From the NCBI GenBank assembly GCA_963716025.1, contig CAVQSY010000050.1:115632-179631 (forward strand): 64,000 nucleotides of DNA, in the 5' to 3' direction. Origin of the DNA: an uncultured Chloroflexia bacterium (GTDB lineage Bacteria > Chloroflexota > Limnocylindria > Limnocylindrales > CSP1-4). A program made the translations under genes and the position numbers. Every line of letters begins with the position of its first letter. Positions within the stretch are counted from its first letter, which is position 1. The notes under the pieces are model-generated. The model ran no database searches. It worked only from the letters and a program-made list of their open reading frames with translations, and was not told the origin of the DNA. Below, one piece after another: positions 50,560-60,476 of the stretch.

Positions 50560-50633
50560 CTCCGGCTCCTTGAACGGGGGCGGCCGGCCCGAGGGGCCGG
50601 CCGCCGTGAAGGCCTGTTGGGATTCGATCGCCG

Positions 50634-52112
50634 CTACTTGGCGGCCGGCTCGGTCGCCCCGGACCCTCCGGGAACCCAGTCGGTCTCGACGTAGCGCCGC
50701 TGGAACCAGCTGGCGAAGACGATGAGCGCCGCGCACAGGACGACGACGCCCAGGGCCGCGACGTTGCCCTCGATCCGGGCGATGTTCCCGACGAGGAAGC
50801 CGAACCACTGGAAGTCGGCGTCGCCGAACGTGGTGTTCTGGAAGCCGATCGCGCTCATGACCGGCACCAGGAACGCCGCGAACAGGGTGATCATCAGCCC
50901 GTTCACGAGGCCACCTGCCACCGCGCCGCGCCGGCCGCCGGTGGCGTTGCCGAACACGCCGGCGGTGCCGCCGGTGAAGAAGTGCGGGATCATCCCCGGC
51001 AGGATCAGCGGGATGGCAAGCGCCGCCCCGAGCCCGATCGCGAGGATGCCGAAGCCGAGCAGGCCGCCAACCACCGACGCGAGGAACCCGATGAGGACCG
51101 CGTTCGGCGCGTAGGGGAAGGCAACCGGGCAATCGAGCGCAGGGACCGCGCCCGGGATCACGCGCTCGGCGATGCCGGCGAACGCCGGCACGATCTCGCC
51201 GAGGATGGTGCGGACGCCGAGCAGGATCACGGCAACGCCGCCACCGAAGATCAGCGCCTGGTTGAACATCACGGTCGCGAGACCGAGGAAGCCGCCGGAG
51301 GCGCCGGCCGCACCGCCGCCCATCGCCGCGTCCACGGCTCCGATGGCGGTGGACTCACCGGCCCGGAGAATGAACACGATGGCGAGCAGCAGGTAGATGA
51401 AGATCATCGCGACCGCGGTCCCCACCATCGGGTCACGCAGGAACCGGAGGCCCTGCGGGAACTCCATCTCCTCCGTGCTGCGGCTGCCACGTCCGACGAG
51501 CTGGCCGGCGATACCGCCGGCGATGTAGCCGAGGGTCCCGAAATGGCCCATGGCCACCTTCTGGCCGCCGGTGACGCGCTTCATCCACGGCATGGACAGG
51601 GCGGGCATGACCACCATCATGGTCGCGAGCCCGATCGCGGCGACGAGGATCTGGACGACCTGGTCGACCTTGGCGTTGTAGAGGACCACCGTCAGCACCG
51701 TCGCCATGAACAGCATGTGGTGCCCGGTGAGGAAGACATAGCGCAGCGGCGTCAGACGCGCAAGCACCAGCGACAGCAGGACGCCGATGAACATCGCGAA
51801 CGCGACGTTCTGGCTGACGTCGGGGATGTCGGCGACGATCGCGGTGATCGCCTCGTTGGTCGGGACCACGCCCGCGACGTCGAACGCGCCCGTGATGAGC
51901 GCGCCCAGCGGGTTCAGGGCGCCGATCACCGCACCGGCGCCGATCCCGAGGATGATGAAGCCAAGCGTTGCCTTGAGCGCCCCGCCGACAACATCGCCGA
52001 CCGGCTTGCGCGAGGCGATGAGCGCGATCAGCGTCATCAGCCCCACGAGGTACGCCGGCACGCCGAAGATGTCGCGTGCGATCCAGTTGACGACGTAGTT
52101 CAGTTGATCCAC
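50634..52112 (-). CDS. PTS EIIC, ascorbate-type (UlaA/SgaT family)
   Basis: 492 aa. MDQLNYVVNWIARDIFGVPAYLVGLMTLIAL and overall layout are typical of the UlaA/SgaT family. Confidence 0.85.
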   Translation of the reverse strand: MDQLNYVVNWIARDIFGVPAYLVGLMTLIALIASRKPVGDVVGGALKATLGFIILGIGAGAVIGALNPLGALITGAFDVAGVVPTNEAITAIVADIPDVSQNVAFAMFIGVLLSLVLARLTPLRYVFLTGHHMLFMATVLTVVLYNAKVDQVVQILVAAIGLATMMVVMPALSMPWMKRVTGGQKVAMGHFGTLGYIAGGIAGQLVGRGSRSTEEMEFPQGLRFLRDPMVGTAVAMIFIYLLLAIVFILRAGESTAIGAVDAAMGGGAAGASGGFLGLATVMFNQALIFGGGVAVILLGVRTILGEIVPAFAGIAERVIPGAVPALDCPVAFPYAPNAVLIGFLASVVGGLLGFGILAIGLGAALAIPLILPGMIPHFFTGGTAGVFGNATGGRRGAVAGGLVNGLMITLFAAFLVPVMSAIGFQNTTFGDADFQWFGFLVGNIARIEGNVAALGVVVLCAALIVFASWFQRRYVETDWVPGGSGATEPAAK

Positions 52113-52196
52113 GAACCACCCTCCCAGGTCGCCGCCGCGTGGGCACGCGGTCGCGGCCGATCACCCCTGTGATGCCCGGGGCCGGCTGAGCGGCCG

Positions 52197-52484
52197 TCAG
52201 GCGAGCGCGGCGCGCAGCTTCTCGACCATCTCCTTGAGGTCGATGAAGTTCGTGATCGTCACGATCTTCGGCTTCACGGCACCCAACTGCTGGGCAAGCT
52301 CATCCGACGTGAGGATGAGGTCCGCCGACGAGGCGAGCGCCCGTGCGGTGCCGATGTCCGCGACCTCGACGTCTGCCTGGACGCCGAGCTCGCGAAGCGC
52401 CTTCTCCGCCTGCATGCGCAGCAGGAGCCCACTCCCAAGCCCCATGCCGCAGACCGCCAGGATCTTCACTGGACCAACCACCAT
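52197..52484 (-). CDS. PTS EIIB (UlaB/SgaB-like)
   Basis: 95 aa. Catalytic Cys loop KILAVCGMGLGSG. Confidence 0.8.
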   Translation of the reverse strand: MVVGPVKILAVCGMGLGSGLLLRMQAEKALRELGVQADVEVADIGTARALASSADLILTSDELAQQLGAVKPKIVTITNFIDLKEMVEKLRAALA

Positions 52485-52519
52485 CTCCTTTCCCTCGTGG
52501 GCACGCAGGTGCCCCGTGT

Positions 52520-53017
52520 CTAATCGCCCCCGGACCGTGCTTCGTGGGCGCGGATGAGCTCCGCCACGGCGCCCGCATCGGGAGCCTCGACGAGGGCAAT
52601 CCGCCGGTCCTCATCGGCCAGGAACTCCGCCAGCGTCGCGAGGGCGACCACGTGGCCCTCCTCGTCGGGCGCCGCGAGGCCCACGACCAGCGTCACCGGA
52701 TCGTTCTGCCGGTGGCCGAACTCGACCGGCGTCGCCAGGGTCACCAGGCTCATCCCGGCTCGGTGGACCGCTGGCGAGGGGCGCGAGTGCGCAAGCGCGA
52801 TGCCCGGGGCGATCACGATGTACGGGCCGAGCTCCTCGACCGTGGCGATCATCTCGTCGGTGTACGCCGCGGATGTCGCGCCGCTCGCGACGAGCGCATC
52901 GCCCGCGAGGCGCACCGCCGCCCGCCAGTCGACCGCCGACTGCCCGACCCGGACACTCCGAGCGTCGAGCAGGCGCGACAGAGCGGGACCCATGGACGCC
53001 TGACGAGCCTCGGTCAT
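52520..53017 (-). CDS. PTS EIIA, type 2 (mannitol/fructose/ascorbate class)
   Basis: AGGAGG precedes ATG 53017. 165 aa. Phosphorylatable His in IAPGIALAHSRP. Confidence 0.8.
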   Translation of the reverse strand: MTEARQASMGPALSRLLDARSVRVGQSAVDWRAAVRLAGDALVASGATSAAYTDEMIATVEELGPYIVIAPGIALAHSRPSPAVHRAGMSLVTLATPVEFGHRQNDPVTLVVGLAAPDEEGHVVALATLAEFLADEDRRIALVEAPDAGAVAELIRAHEARSGGD

Positions 53018-53148
53018 CGTGCCTCCTGACGACCCCTGACGTGCGCCAAGTATCTCAGCGGGCACAAGCCATCCGGTGAGGGCCGATCGGCCCCTCCGGA
53101 GCGCGCCGGCACCGGCCGTCAAGGGGCCGACGGGAGCACAATGAGGCC

Positions 53149-54900
53149 ATGGACCGGGTGCAGGGAATCGCCGCCGCTCCGGGCGTCGCCATCGGCGCGT
53201 GGACGCGCCCGCGCGTCGCGCCGGCGGTCGTCGGCGGCAGGATCGACGCCGGACTGACAGACAGTGAGATCGCGCGTCTCGTCGGCGCCACCGAGGACGC
53301 GGCCCGGGCGCTCGAAGCGATCGCCGACCAGGTCGCGGCGGAGGGTCACCCCGACGAGGCCGCGATCTTCGGAGCGCAGGCAGCCATCTCGCGAGACCCG
53401 GCGCTCGCGGCGCTGGCGGCGGAGCGGATCCGGGACGAGCAGGAGGATGCGATCGCCGCCGTGCGGGCCGCGGGCGCCTCGTTCGCGGACCAGCTGCGAG
53501 CCCTCGGCGACGAGCTCCTTGCGGCCCGTGCCGCCGATGTGCTCGATGTCGCGGACCGGATCGCCCGGCACCTTGCCGGCGTGGCGGATGTCGCGACCAC
53601 CACCCTGGACCAGCCCTCGATCGTCGTGGCCGAGGATCTGCCCCCGTCGGTCACGGCGACCCTGCCGCGCGACCGGCTGCTCGGTCTGGCGCTGGAGGGA
53701 TCCTCCCCGACGGCACACGCGGCGATCCTGGCCCGGGCGTACGGGATCCCGGCCGTCGTCGGCGCCCGTGGCCTGATCGCGGCGCTCGAGGCCCTCGTCC
53801 CCGTGGGCGACGACGCGGTGGACATCGCCATCGACGGCTCCACCGGGGAGATCGTCATCGCCCCAGACGCGGCGACCCACAAGCGGTTCGAGGCCGGCGC
53901 GGTCGCCCAGAGAGCCGGGCGGGCCGAGGACGTGCGCGAGGCCGCCCTGCCCGCAGCCACCCTGGACGGCACGGAGCTGACGCTGCTCGCGAACATCGGG
54001 ACCCCGGACGAGGCCGGCCCCGCCATGGAGCTCGGAGCCCAGGGGGTCGGGCTGTTCCGGACGGAGTTCCTGTTCCTCGAGCGCACCTCGCCGCCGTCCG
54101 AGGACGAGCAGGCCGAGGCGTACGGCCGGGCGGTCGAGGCCAGCGCCCCGCACCCGGTCACGATCCGCCTGCTCGACGTGGGCGGGGACAAGCAGATCCC
54201 GTACCTGCCGATCGCCCCGGAGGACAACCCGTTCCTGGGCGTGCGGGCCCTCCGGCTCGCCCACGATGACCCCGGCCTGTTCGTCACCCAGCTTCGGGCG
54301 TGCCTGCGCGCGGCCGCGCGCGGCCCCGTCAAGGTCATGGCGCCGATGGTCGCCGACGCCGGTGACGTGCGGCTGCTGCTCGAGCTCGCGGAGCAGGCGC
54401 GGGCGGGCCTGGTGGCGGGCGGGATCACAGCCGGCGAGATCGGTCTCGGCGTGATGCTGGAGATCCCCGGGGCGATCCTCGTTGCCGACAGCTACTTCGG
54501 CCGGCTGTCGTTCGCGAGCCTGGGCACCAACGACCTGCTCCAGTACACCCTGGCCGTGGATCGCGGCAACGCCGCCCTCGAGCGCTACCGGGACGCGCTC
54601 CACCCGGCCCTGCTGCGTCTTGTCAGCACCGCCGTTGACCGAGCGGATGCCGCCGGGATCGACCTCTCGGTCTGCGGCGAGATGGCGGGCGACCCGGTCG
54701 CGGCGCTGGCGCTCGCCGGCCTCGGGATCCGGGTCCTGAGCATGGCCGCCCCCAGCCTCCCCGCCGTGCGGCGGGCGCTCCGGGCGACGCGGATGCCAGA
54801 CCTCCAGGCGGCGGCGAAGGCTGCGCTGGACGACCCCGACGCGGCGGCGGTTCGTGCCCGCTTCGAGGAGCTGGTCACGCCGAGGAGCCAGGCCCAGTAG
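53149..54900 (+). CDS. ptsI: phosphoenolpyruvate-protein phosphotransferase (PTS enzyme I)
   Basis: 583 aa. His-domain SSPTAHAAILARAYGIPAVVG. PEP-binding GLFRTEFLF, LGTNDLLQYTLAVDR, CGEMAGDP. Confidence 0.92.
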   Translation: MDRVQGIAAAPGVAIGAWTRPRVAPAVVGGRIDAGLTDSEIARLVGATEDAARALEAIADQVAAEGHPDEAAIFGAQAAISRDPALAALAAERIRDEQEDAIAAVRAAGASFADQLRALGDELLAARAADVLDVADRIARHLAGVADVATTTLDQPSIVVAEDLPPSVTATLPRDRLLGLALEGSSPTAHAAILARAYGIPAVVGARGLIAALEALVPVGDDAVDIAIDGSTGEIVIAPDAATHKRFEAGAVAQRAGRAEDVREAALPAATLDGTELTLLANIGTPDEAGPAMELGAQGVGLFRTEFLFLERTSPPSEDEQAEAYGRAVEASAPHPVTIRLLDVGGDKQIPYLPIAPEDNPFLGVRALRLAHDDPGLFVTQLRACLRAAARGPVKVMAPMVADAGDVRLLLELAEQARAGLVAGGITAGEIGLGVMLEIPGAILVADSYFGRLSFASLGTNDLLQYTLAVDRGNAALERYRDALHPALLRLVSTAVDRADAAGIDLSVCGEMAGDPVAALALAGLGIRVLSMAAPSLPAVRRALRATRMPDLQAAAKAALDDPDAAAVRARFEELVTPRSQAQ

Positions 54901-54915
54901 CCTCGGGCGGGCTGT

Positions 54916-55200
54916 CTAGCCGTCGACCGCCTCGCCCGTGCCCGACTCCACGAGGGCCACGAGCGACTCGACCGCGGCGTCCTCGTCCGGCCCGTCCGCG
55001 GTGACGCGGATCCGGTGCCCGCTCGAAACGCCAAGGGTGAGCAGGAGCAGCAGCGACTTTGCGTCCACCGGTCCCTTGCCCCGGTCGAGGTTCTCGACGA
55101 GGATCCGCGACGCAAACCCCGCCGCAGCGCCCGTGAACAGGGTGGCCGGACGGGCATGCAGCCCGCTCGGGTTGCGGACGACGAGCTCGATCTCACGCAT
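54916..55200 (-). CDS. ptsH: phosphocarrier protein HPr
   Basis: ATG 55200. 94 aa. VRNPSGLHARPA (His15) and VDAKSLLLLLTLGV (Ser46-like). Confidence 0.85.
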   Translation of the reverse strand: MREIELVVRNPSGLHARPATLFTGAAAGFASRILVENLDRGKGPVDAKSLLLLLTLGVSSGHRIRVTADGPDEDAAVESLVALVESGTGEAVDG

Positions 55201-55262
55201 GACGCCAGCGTAGCGCAGCCCGCCAGTGCCGTTGCGCATGTGGCGCCGCGGGGCGCCGGAGG

Positions 55263-56102
55263 TCAGGCGTCGCGCAACCGCCGCAGGATGAGCTCGTGGA
55301 GCAGGCCGTTGGAGCCCACGAATGACGGGGCGTCGATCCGCCGCTCGCCGAGCACGTCGGTGACCTTGCCGCCGGCCTCTTCGATCACGACCACGGGCCC
55401 GGCGAGGTCCCACGGCTTCATCCCCGTCTCGAACATCGCCTCGGCCGCGCCCTCCGCGACGAGGGCGTAGCCCCAGAAGTCACCGAATCCGCGCTCCCGC
55501 CAGGCGTCCGCGAGCAGCCGGTCGAAGCCGGGCATCAGGCCGCTGGCCGCGGTATCGCGGGCGGACCCGTACAGGAGCTGGGCATCTCCCAGGGCCGCAA
55601 CCCGCGACACCCGGATCCGCCGCTCCGTCCCCTCCGCGCCGCGGTTCCACGCCCCGCCGCCGCGGTGGGCATACCAGCGCTCGCGCATCGCGGGAGCGGA
55701 GATCACCCCGACCTGGAGCTCGCCGTCATGCTCGATGCCGAGCAACGTCCCGAACAGCGGCACCCCCCGGATGAAGTTGTGGGTGCCGTCGATGGGGTCG
55801 ATGAACCAGCGCGTCCGGGCGTCGGCGGCCTCGGTGCCGTACTCCTCCCCCACCAGCCCATGATCCGGGTACCGGCTGCGGATCCGCTCCCGGATCAACC
55901 GCTCGATCCCCTGGTCGGCGACGGTCACGAACGTTCGGTCGGGCTTGCGCTCGATCTCGAGGTCGCGCCGGAAGTGACGAAGCGCGATCTCGTCGGCGGC
56001 GTCGCACAGCTCCAAGGCGAACTCGAGCCAATCGCGGAGGACGGCTTCGGGGGCACGAGCGAGGGAAGCGGACCAGTCCGGTCCGAAGTCGGGCGATGTC
56101 AT
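55263..56102 (-). CDS. inositol monophosphatase family protein (histidinol-phosphatase HisN-like)
   Basis: WFIDPIDGTHNF and WDLAGPVVVIEEAGG motifs. 279 aa. Confidence 0.82.
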   Translation of the reverse strand: MTSPDFGPDWSASLARAPEAVLRDWLEFALELCDAADEIALRHFRRDLEIERKPDRTFVTVADQGIERLIRERIRSRYPDHGLVGEEYGTEAADARTRWFIDPIDGTHNFIRGVPLFGTLLGIEHDGELQVGVISAPAMRERWYAHRGGGAWNRGAEGTERRIRVSRVAALGDAQLLYGSARDTAASGLMPGFDRLLADAWRERGFGDFWGYALVAEGAAEAMFETGMKPWDLAGPVVVIEEAGGKVTDVLGERRIDAPSFVGSNGLLHELILRRLRDA

Positions 56103-56202
56103 GGCCCCATGATGCCGTCAGTGGCAGATGCCCGCGCCCTCGTCGGTGCTCCCCGGGACCGTGGCCCGGAACCAGCAGCGCACCGAGCCGTCGAGCGGCC
56201 GA

Positions 56203-56793
56203 TCAGGCCAGCGGCTCGAACGCCTCGGGGTAGCGGACCGTCCCGCGCATGTCATCGGTCCAGGCGGGCAGGAGCCGAGCCATCCACGCCTCGTCCGGCC
56301 ATGCCGCCGCGGGGGGCTGGAGGCCGGCGTCGCGGGCGCTCGAGAACCCGAACCGCAGGTAGTACGTCTGGTGCCCAAGCAGCACCAGGGCCGGCACGCC
56401 ACGCGCGATCGCGAGGCTGATCGCCGCGCCCATCAGGGAGGCTCCAATGCCCCGGAACTGGAGCTCCGGCAGCACGGCGACCGGGCCGACCGCGAGGACC
56501 GTGGCCACGAGACCACCCACCTCGTCCTCCACACGGCATGGCGACAGCAGCAGGTGACCCACGACCTGCCCGTCGGTGGACATGGCGGGCACACCAACCG
56601 CCACCACGGAATGCCACCCGTCGGGTGCCTCCCGTCGGATCCGGTCCACGATGTCCGCCTCCTCGGGGCCTGTGAAGGCCGCGAGGTTCACGTGACGGAC
56701 CCCCGGCTCGTCACCGGGGGTCTCGAGGCGGATTCGGACCGGGAAGGGTTCCGGCCCCGGGGTCGCGGACGGCGTGCCGGGATCGGGCGTCAA
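56203..56793 (-). CDS. GNAT family N-acetyltransferase
   Basis: Acetyl-CoA loop LPELQFRGIGASLM. The true start may be internal. Confidence 0.72.
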   Translation of the reverse strand: MTPDPGTPSATPGPEPFPVRIRLETPGDEPGVRHVNLAAFTGPEEADIVDRIRREAPDGWHSVVAVGVPAMSTDGQVVGHLLLSPCRVEDEVGGLVATVLAVGPVAVLPELQFRGIGASLMGAAISLAIARGVPALVLLGHQTYYLRFGFSSARDAGLQPPAAAWPDEAWMARLLPAWTDDMRGTVRYPEAFEPLA

Positions 56794-56797
56794 CGGG

Positions 56798-58198
56798 TCA
56801 GGCGGCCGCGGCCTTGAGCGCTTCGGGGATCGGGCGCGAGACCGAAACCGGCTTCACGTACCGGTTGACCATCTCGAGCGAGCCGTTGACCCGCAGCTGG
56901 GTGAACAGGTACGCCACCTTGGCACCCTGGCTGGCGAGGATCTCGTCCCGGGTGGCGAGGTCCCACAGCTGGCGCTTGAACGGGCCGATCGCCTTCTTGC
57001 GGGTGGTGTAGAGGAACTGCTCCTCGGTCTGGCCCGCCTTGCGCTCATCGGCGGCGTTCGCGCCGCACCAGGCGTAGATCTCCTCGATCAGCTCGGCCGG
57101 GAACGCCGGGTGCTCGTAGAGCGCGTTCTGGAATCCCGTCGCGAGGTGGATCTCGGCGGCCTCGACCTCCGGGAACCGGTGGAACAGCTCGTCAGGGAGC
57201 GTGGAGGCCCCGTGCTGAACGGCTCCGGCGAGACCACGCGAGCGGGCGTGCTCGCCGAGCTTGGCGAGGACGTCGAAGTCGAGCTTGACCTCGGCCACGC
57301 CACCGCCGGGCAGCGGCACACCACCGTGGCTGGTGCCGGTCTGGACGGAGACCTTGGAGACGCCCTTCGCGCCGGGGGCCAGCTTCGCGAGCACCGCGTC
57401 GTACCCGTCGAGGTAGGCCTTGAGCTCGTCGACCGTCGAGTTGTCCTTGCCCACCTCGCCGATCTCGCCGCCGACGCTGACGGTCACGCCGTCGGTCTCG
57501 ATCGAGCGGATCAGCGCCGTCAACTCGGCGGCACGGGTGTAGTTCTCGCGCTGCTCGAGGTCGAGGTTGGGCTGCGAGAGATCCACCAGCGTGGAGCTGT
57601 CGATGTCGATGTTGCGATAGCCGGCCTCGATGGCCAGGCGACAGGCTCGACGGATCTCCTCGGTCATGGCCTCGGGGTCCGCGGCGTACTTCTTGGCGTT
57701 GAACTGGTAGTGGTCGCCCTGGAGGAAGACCGGACCGCTCCAGCCCGCGGCGATGGCGCCGGCGTAGACCGAGGTCGCAAAGTCCATCGGCCGCTGGTAG
57801 GTGTAGGTCTGCTCCGAGCGGGCGATCTCGAGGAGGAGCGCGCCGACGTCGGCCTTCATGGCCGTCTCGTAGATCGTGCGCGCCATCTCGAACGTCTGCG
57901 CCCGCAGGTTGATCGCGGGAACCGTGAAGCCGGAGATCTCGCCCCGACCGCGGGCCATGTACAGCTCCTGGATCGAGGCAGACTGGGCGCCAAGAGCCTG
58001 GCTCGCCTCCCAGACCAGCCAGCGTGCGGCCTCGGCCGTGGCGTCGTCCGTGGTGAACGCCGCCGTCCAGGCGAGGTCCGCCGCCGCCTCGCTCCGGAAG
58101 CGCGCCGCGTCATCGATGACGAGCTTGTCGTCGGCCACATGCGCGATCCCGGACAGGTGCGCGAGCAGGTCAGCGGGTGAGGTGGCAACGTAGGGCAT
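56798..58198 (-). CDS. class II (metal-dependent) ketose/fructose-bisphosphate aldolase, long form
   Basis: ATG 58198 (MPYVATSPADLL). Motifs VFLQGDHYQF, NIDIDSS, GGEIGEVG, TGTSHGG, AVQHGAST. 466 aa. Confidence 0.85.
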   Translation of the reverse strand: MPYVATSPADLLAHLSGIAHVADDKLVIDDAARFRSEAAADLAWTAAFTTDDATAEAARWLVWEASQALGAQSASIQELYMARGRGEISGFTVPAINLRAQTFEMARTIYETAMKADVGALLLEIARSEQTYTYQRPMDFATSVYAGAIAAGWSGPVFLQGDHYQFNAKKYAADPEAMTEEIRRACRLAIEAGYRNIDIDSSTLVDLSQPNLDLEQRENYTRAAELTALIRSIETDGVTVSVGGEIGEVGKDNSTVDELKAYLDGYDAVLAKLAPGAKGVSKVSVQTGTSHGGVPLPGGGVAEVKLDFDVLAKLGEHARSRGLAGAVQHGASTLPDELFHRFPEVEAAEIHLATGFQNALYEHPAFPAELIEEIYAWCGANAADERKAGQTEEQFLYTTRKKAIGPFKRQLWDLATRDEILASQGAKVAYLFTQLRVNGSLEMVNRYVKPVSVSRPIPEALKAAAA

Positions 58199-58707
58199 CG
58201 GGATCTGGCTCTCCTGTGACGTGTCCCGTCGATGGTACCGGCGACGGGTGCGAAGGGGCATGGAGTCGGGGGCGCCAACGCTCGACGCCTCGACCAGCAT
58301 GGCCGATCCAGCTGCCTGCGAGGAGGGCAGAACGGCGTGCGTCACCCGGGCACGTCACTCCCACCTGGGGGCCCAGTGGACCTGCTTCGGGGGCCACGTG
58401 GACGGATCGTCCGCCGGCCGGGCGGGCGGCCAGCGGGCGATCCCGGGACCGTGTCTGGACCCGGCAGCACGCGATCGGCGCGTGGTCAGCGCGTGGTCGG
58501 TACGCGCTCGGCGCGCGGCCGGCACGTCACCCGTGAGCGGCTCAACGGTCCGCTGCGGCTGATATTCGTGCCGGACAGCGGGTCATTCGTTCGGTGGAGT
58601 CCCCGCCTGTCGGACGAACGCGTCGCCGGGCGACGCACACGTCGCCGCCAGCCGACCGTTGGGCCGGTGGGCGGCGCGTGCCGGTCCTCGCCGGCCAGGG
58701 CAACCCG

Positions 58708-59181
58708 CTAGAAGGGCTTCGCCACCATCAGGTAGGTGATGACGACGACGAGCACGGACAGGGCGGTCCCCGTCAGGCGGATCCGCCGGGCCGTGGCCGG
58801 GAGCTCCGGCGACGGCGGCTGGCCGGGTTCCGGCGGCTGCGCCGTGAGCGCCACCATGCGACGGGACGCGGGCGCCATCACCGCCATCGCGAGGACCAGC
58901 GCGACGACGTAGAGCAGGATCCCGGCCTCCAGCCAGTGCCTGCCGCCGACGAAGTCGGACGGGCCTCGGACCAGGATCATCCCGACGCCGGTGACCGCCA
59001 TCGAGATCGAGACCGGGGTGATCACGGCTCGGGCGGCCAGGGCCTGGCTCCTGGCGAAGAAGTTGGCGTGCTGCGGCTCCTTGGCCACCATCGGCCCCAC
59101 GACCAGGGACACGAACCCGGGCCCGAAGGCCACGATCGCGCCGATCACGTGCAGGAACAGCAGGATGACGAACAGGTCCAC
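58708..59181 (-). CDS. four-TM membrane protein (DUF2269-like)
   Basis: 157 aa. MDLFVILLFLHVIGAIVAFG, followed by three further TM helices. Confidence 0.55.
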   Translation of the reverse strand: MDLFVILLFLHVIGAIVAFGPGFVSLVVGPMVAKEPQHANFFARSQALAARAVITPVSISMAVTGVGMILVRGPSDFVGGRHWLEAGILLYVVALVLAMAVMAPASRRMVALTAQPPEPGQPPSPELPATARRIRLTGTALSVLVVVITYLMVAKPF

Positions 59182-59318
59182 GATGCGTGCCTCCCCAGCA
59201 TTGCGGCGCCCTCCCGGCGCACCGGCCGGATGCTAGCAGGGAGTCGACGGCTCGGCGGGTGCAGATCAGCAGCAGGCGAGATCCTCGCCGTGCATCGCCC
59301 CGACCTCGCGGTCCCGCC

Positions 59319-60078
59319 TCACCCCGGAGGCGCGGCCTCCAGCAGCGCCGCGGCGCGGCGAGCCTGCTCGCGCTCGAGCTCGAGCGGGGTCACGCCGAGC
59401 CGGCCGGCCAAGTCCGAGATCACGCCCCATTCGAAGTGGTCCCAGGCTCCGAGGCTCGGGTTCCACGTCGCCAGCACCGCCGGGGGCAGGCGTTGGACGT
59501 GGCCATGCGTATCGAGCGCGAGCGGGCGGACGTAGTGCGCCGCCTCCACCGAGAGGTTCGCCCGCCACGTTGGCGACCGCGATCACCACGCCCAGGCGCG
59601 ACCGCTCATCCTGGTCCGCACCGACCGGCGCCGCCTGCAAGGCGTTGATGACATCGTCGAGCCCGATACCGTCCATCGTCGCCAGCAGCCCGAAGCCGAG
59701 GGCCAGCGCTCGCACGACGACCCGCGCCCGTTCCCCGGTCACGCCACCATCGCTCGCCAGCCCACGGACCTCGAGAACCCCGTTCGACGACGTGAGGCGG
59801 GCTTCGCCGGACGTCGCCCCCGTCCGATCACGGCGCCATCCGAGCTCCGTCGCCTCCGGGAGCCACGCGAAGTCGTCGTCGGGCGCCACCGCCCGGATCC
59901 GGGTCCCGGGCGCCAGGAGCCTGGCCAGCCCATCGAGCACCCGCGCGTTCGCCAGAGGTGTGCGGCCGACGACTACGAGGGGAATCCGCGCCTCAAGAAG
60001 GATCGAGAGCAGCGCCAGGAGCTCCCGATCCACGGCGCCGGCTCGGAGCAGGTCGCGGGGTCCGCGTGGGTCACGCAT
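59319..60078 (-). pseudogene. hypothetical protein resembling a Walker-A-less type II/IV secretion (VirB11/CpaF-like) ATPase core, frame interrupted once
   Basis: ATG 60078. LLEARIPLVVVGRTPLANARVLDGL sits where GxxGSGKT is expected. Then VLEVRGL, GFGLLATMDGIGLDDVINAL, LGVVIAVANV. Continues in another frame (NLSVEAAHYVRPLALD..., track ORF 59319..59549). Break at ~59556-59562. Confidence 0.4.
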
Positions 60079-60112
60079 CGTGTCACCATAGGACACCCAC
60101 AAGGAGTCAGCC

Positions 60113-60460
60113 GTGAGCATCGCCCGCATCGACCCCGGTCGCCGATTCTGCGAGGCCGTCGTCCACAGGGACACCGTCTACCTGGCCGGTCACGTTGGGT
60201 CGATGTCGTCCGACGGCGTGTACGAGCAGACCCGGGACATCCTCGCCCAGCTCGACGCCCACCTCGCCGCGGCGGGGTCCGACAAGTCGAAGCTGCTGAT
60301 GGTCAACGTCTGGCTGTCGGACATCGCCACGTTCGACGAGATGAACCGGGCCTGGGACGAATGGGTCGACCCCGACAGCATGCCGGCGCGCGCGACCGTC
60401 GAGGCCCGCCTCGCATCGCCTGACTACAAGGTGGAGATCGCCGGGATCGCCGCCCGCTGA
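60113..60460 (+). CDS. RidA/YjgF family reactive-intermediate deaminase
   Basis: AAGGAG precedes GTG 60113. 115 aa. VYLAGHVG..., PARATVEA and VEIAGIA are typical of the family. Confidence 0.88.
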   Translation: MSIARIDPGRRFCEAVVHRDTVYLAGHVGSMSSDGVYEQTRDILAQLDAHLAAAGSDKSKLLMVNVWLSDIATFDEMNRAWDEWVDPDSMPARATVEARLASPDYKVEIAGIAAR

Positions 60461-60476
60461 CGCGCCCTCGGGGCGG

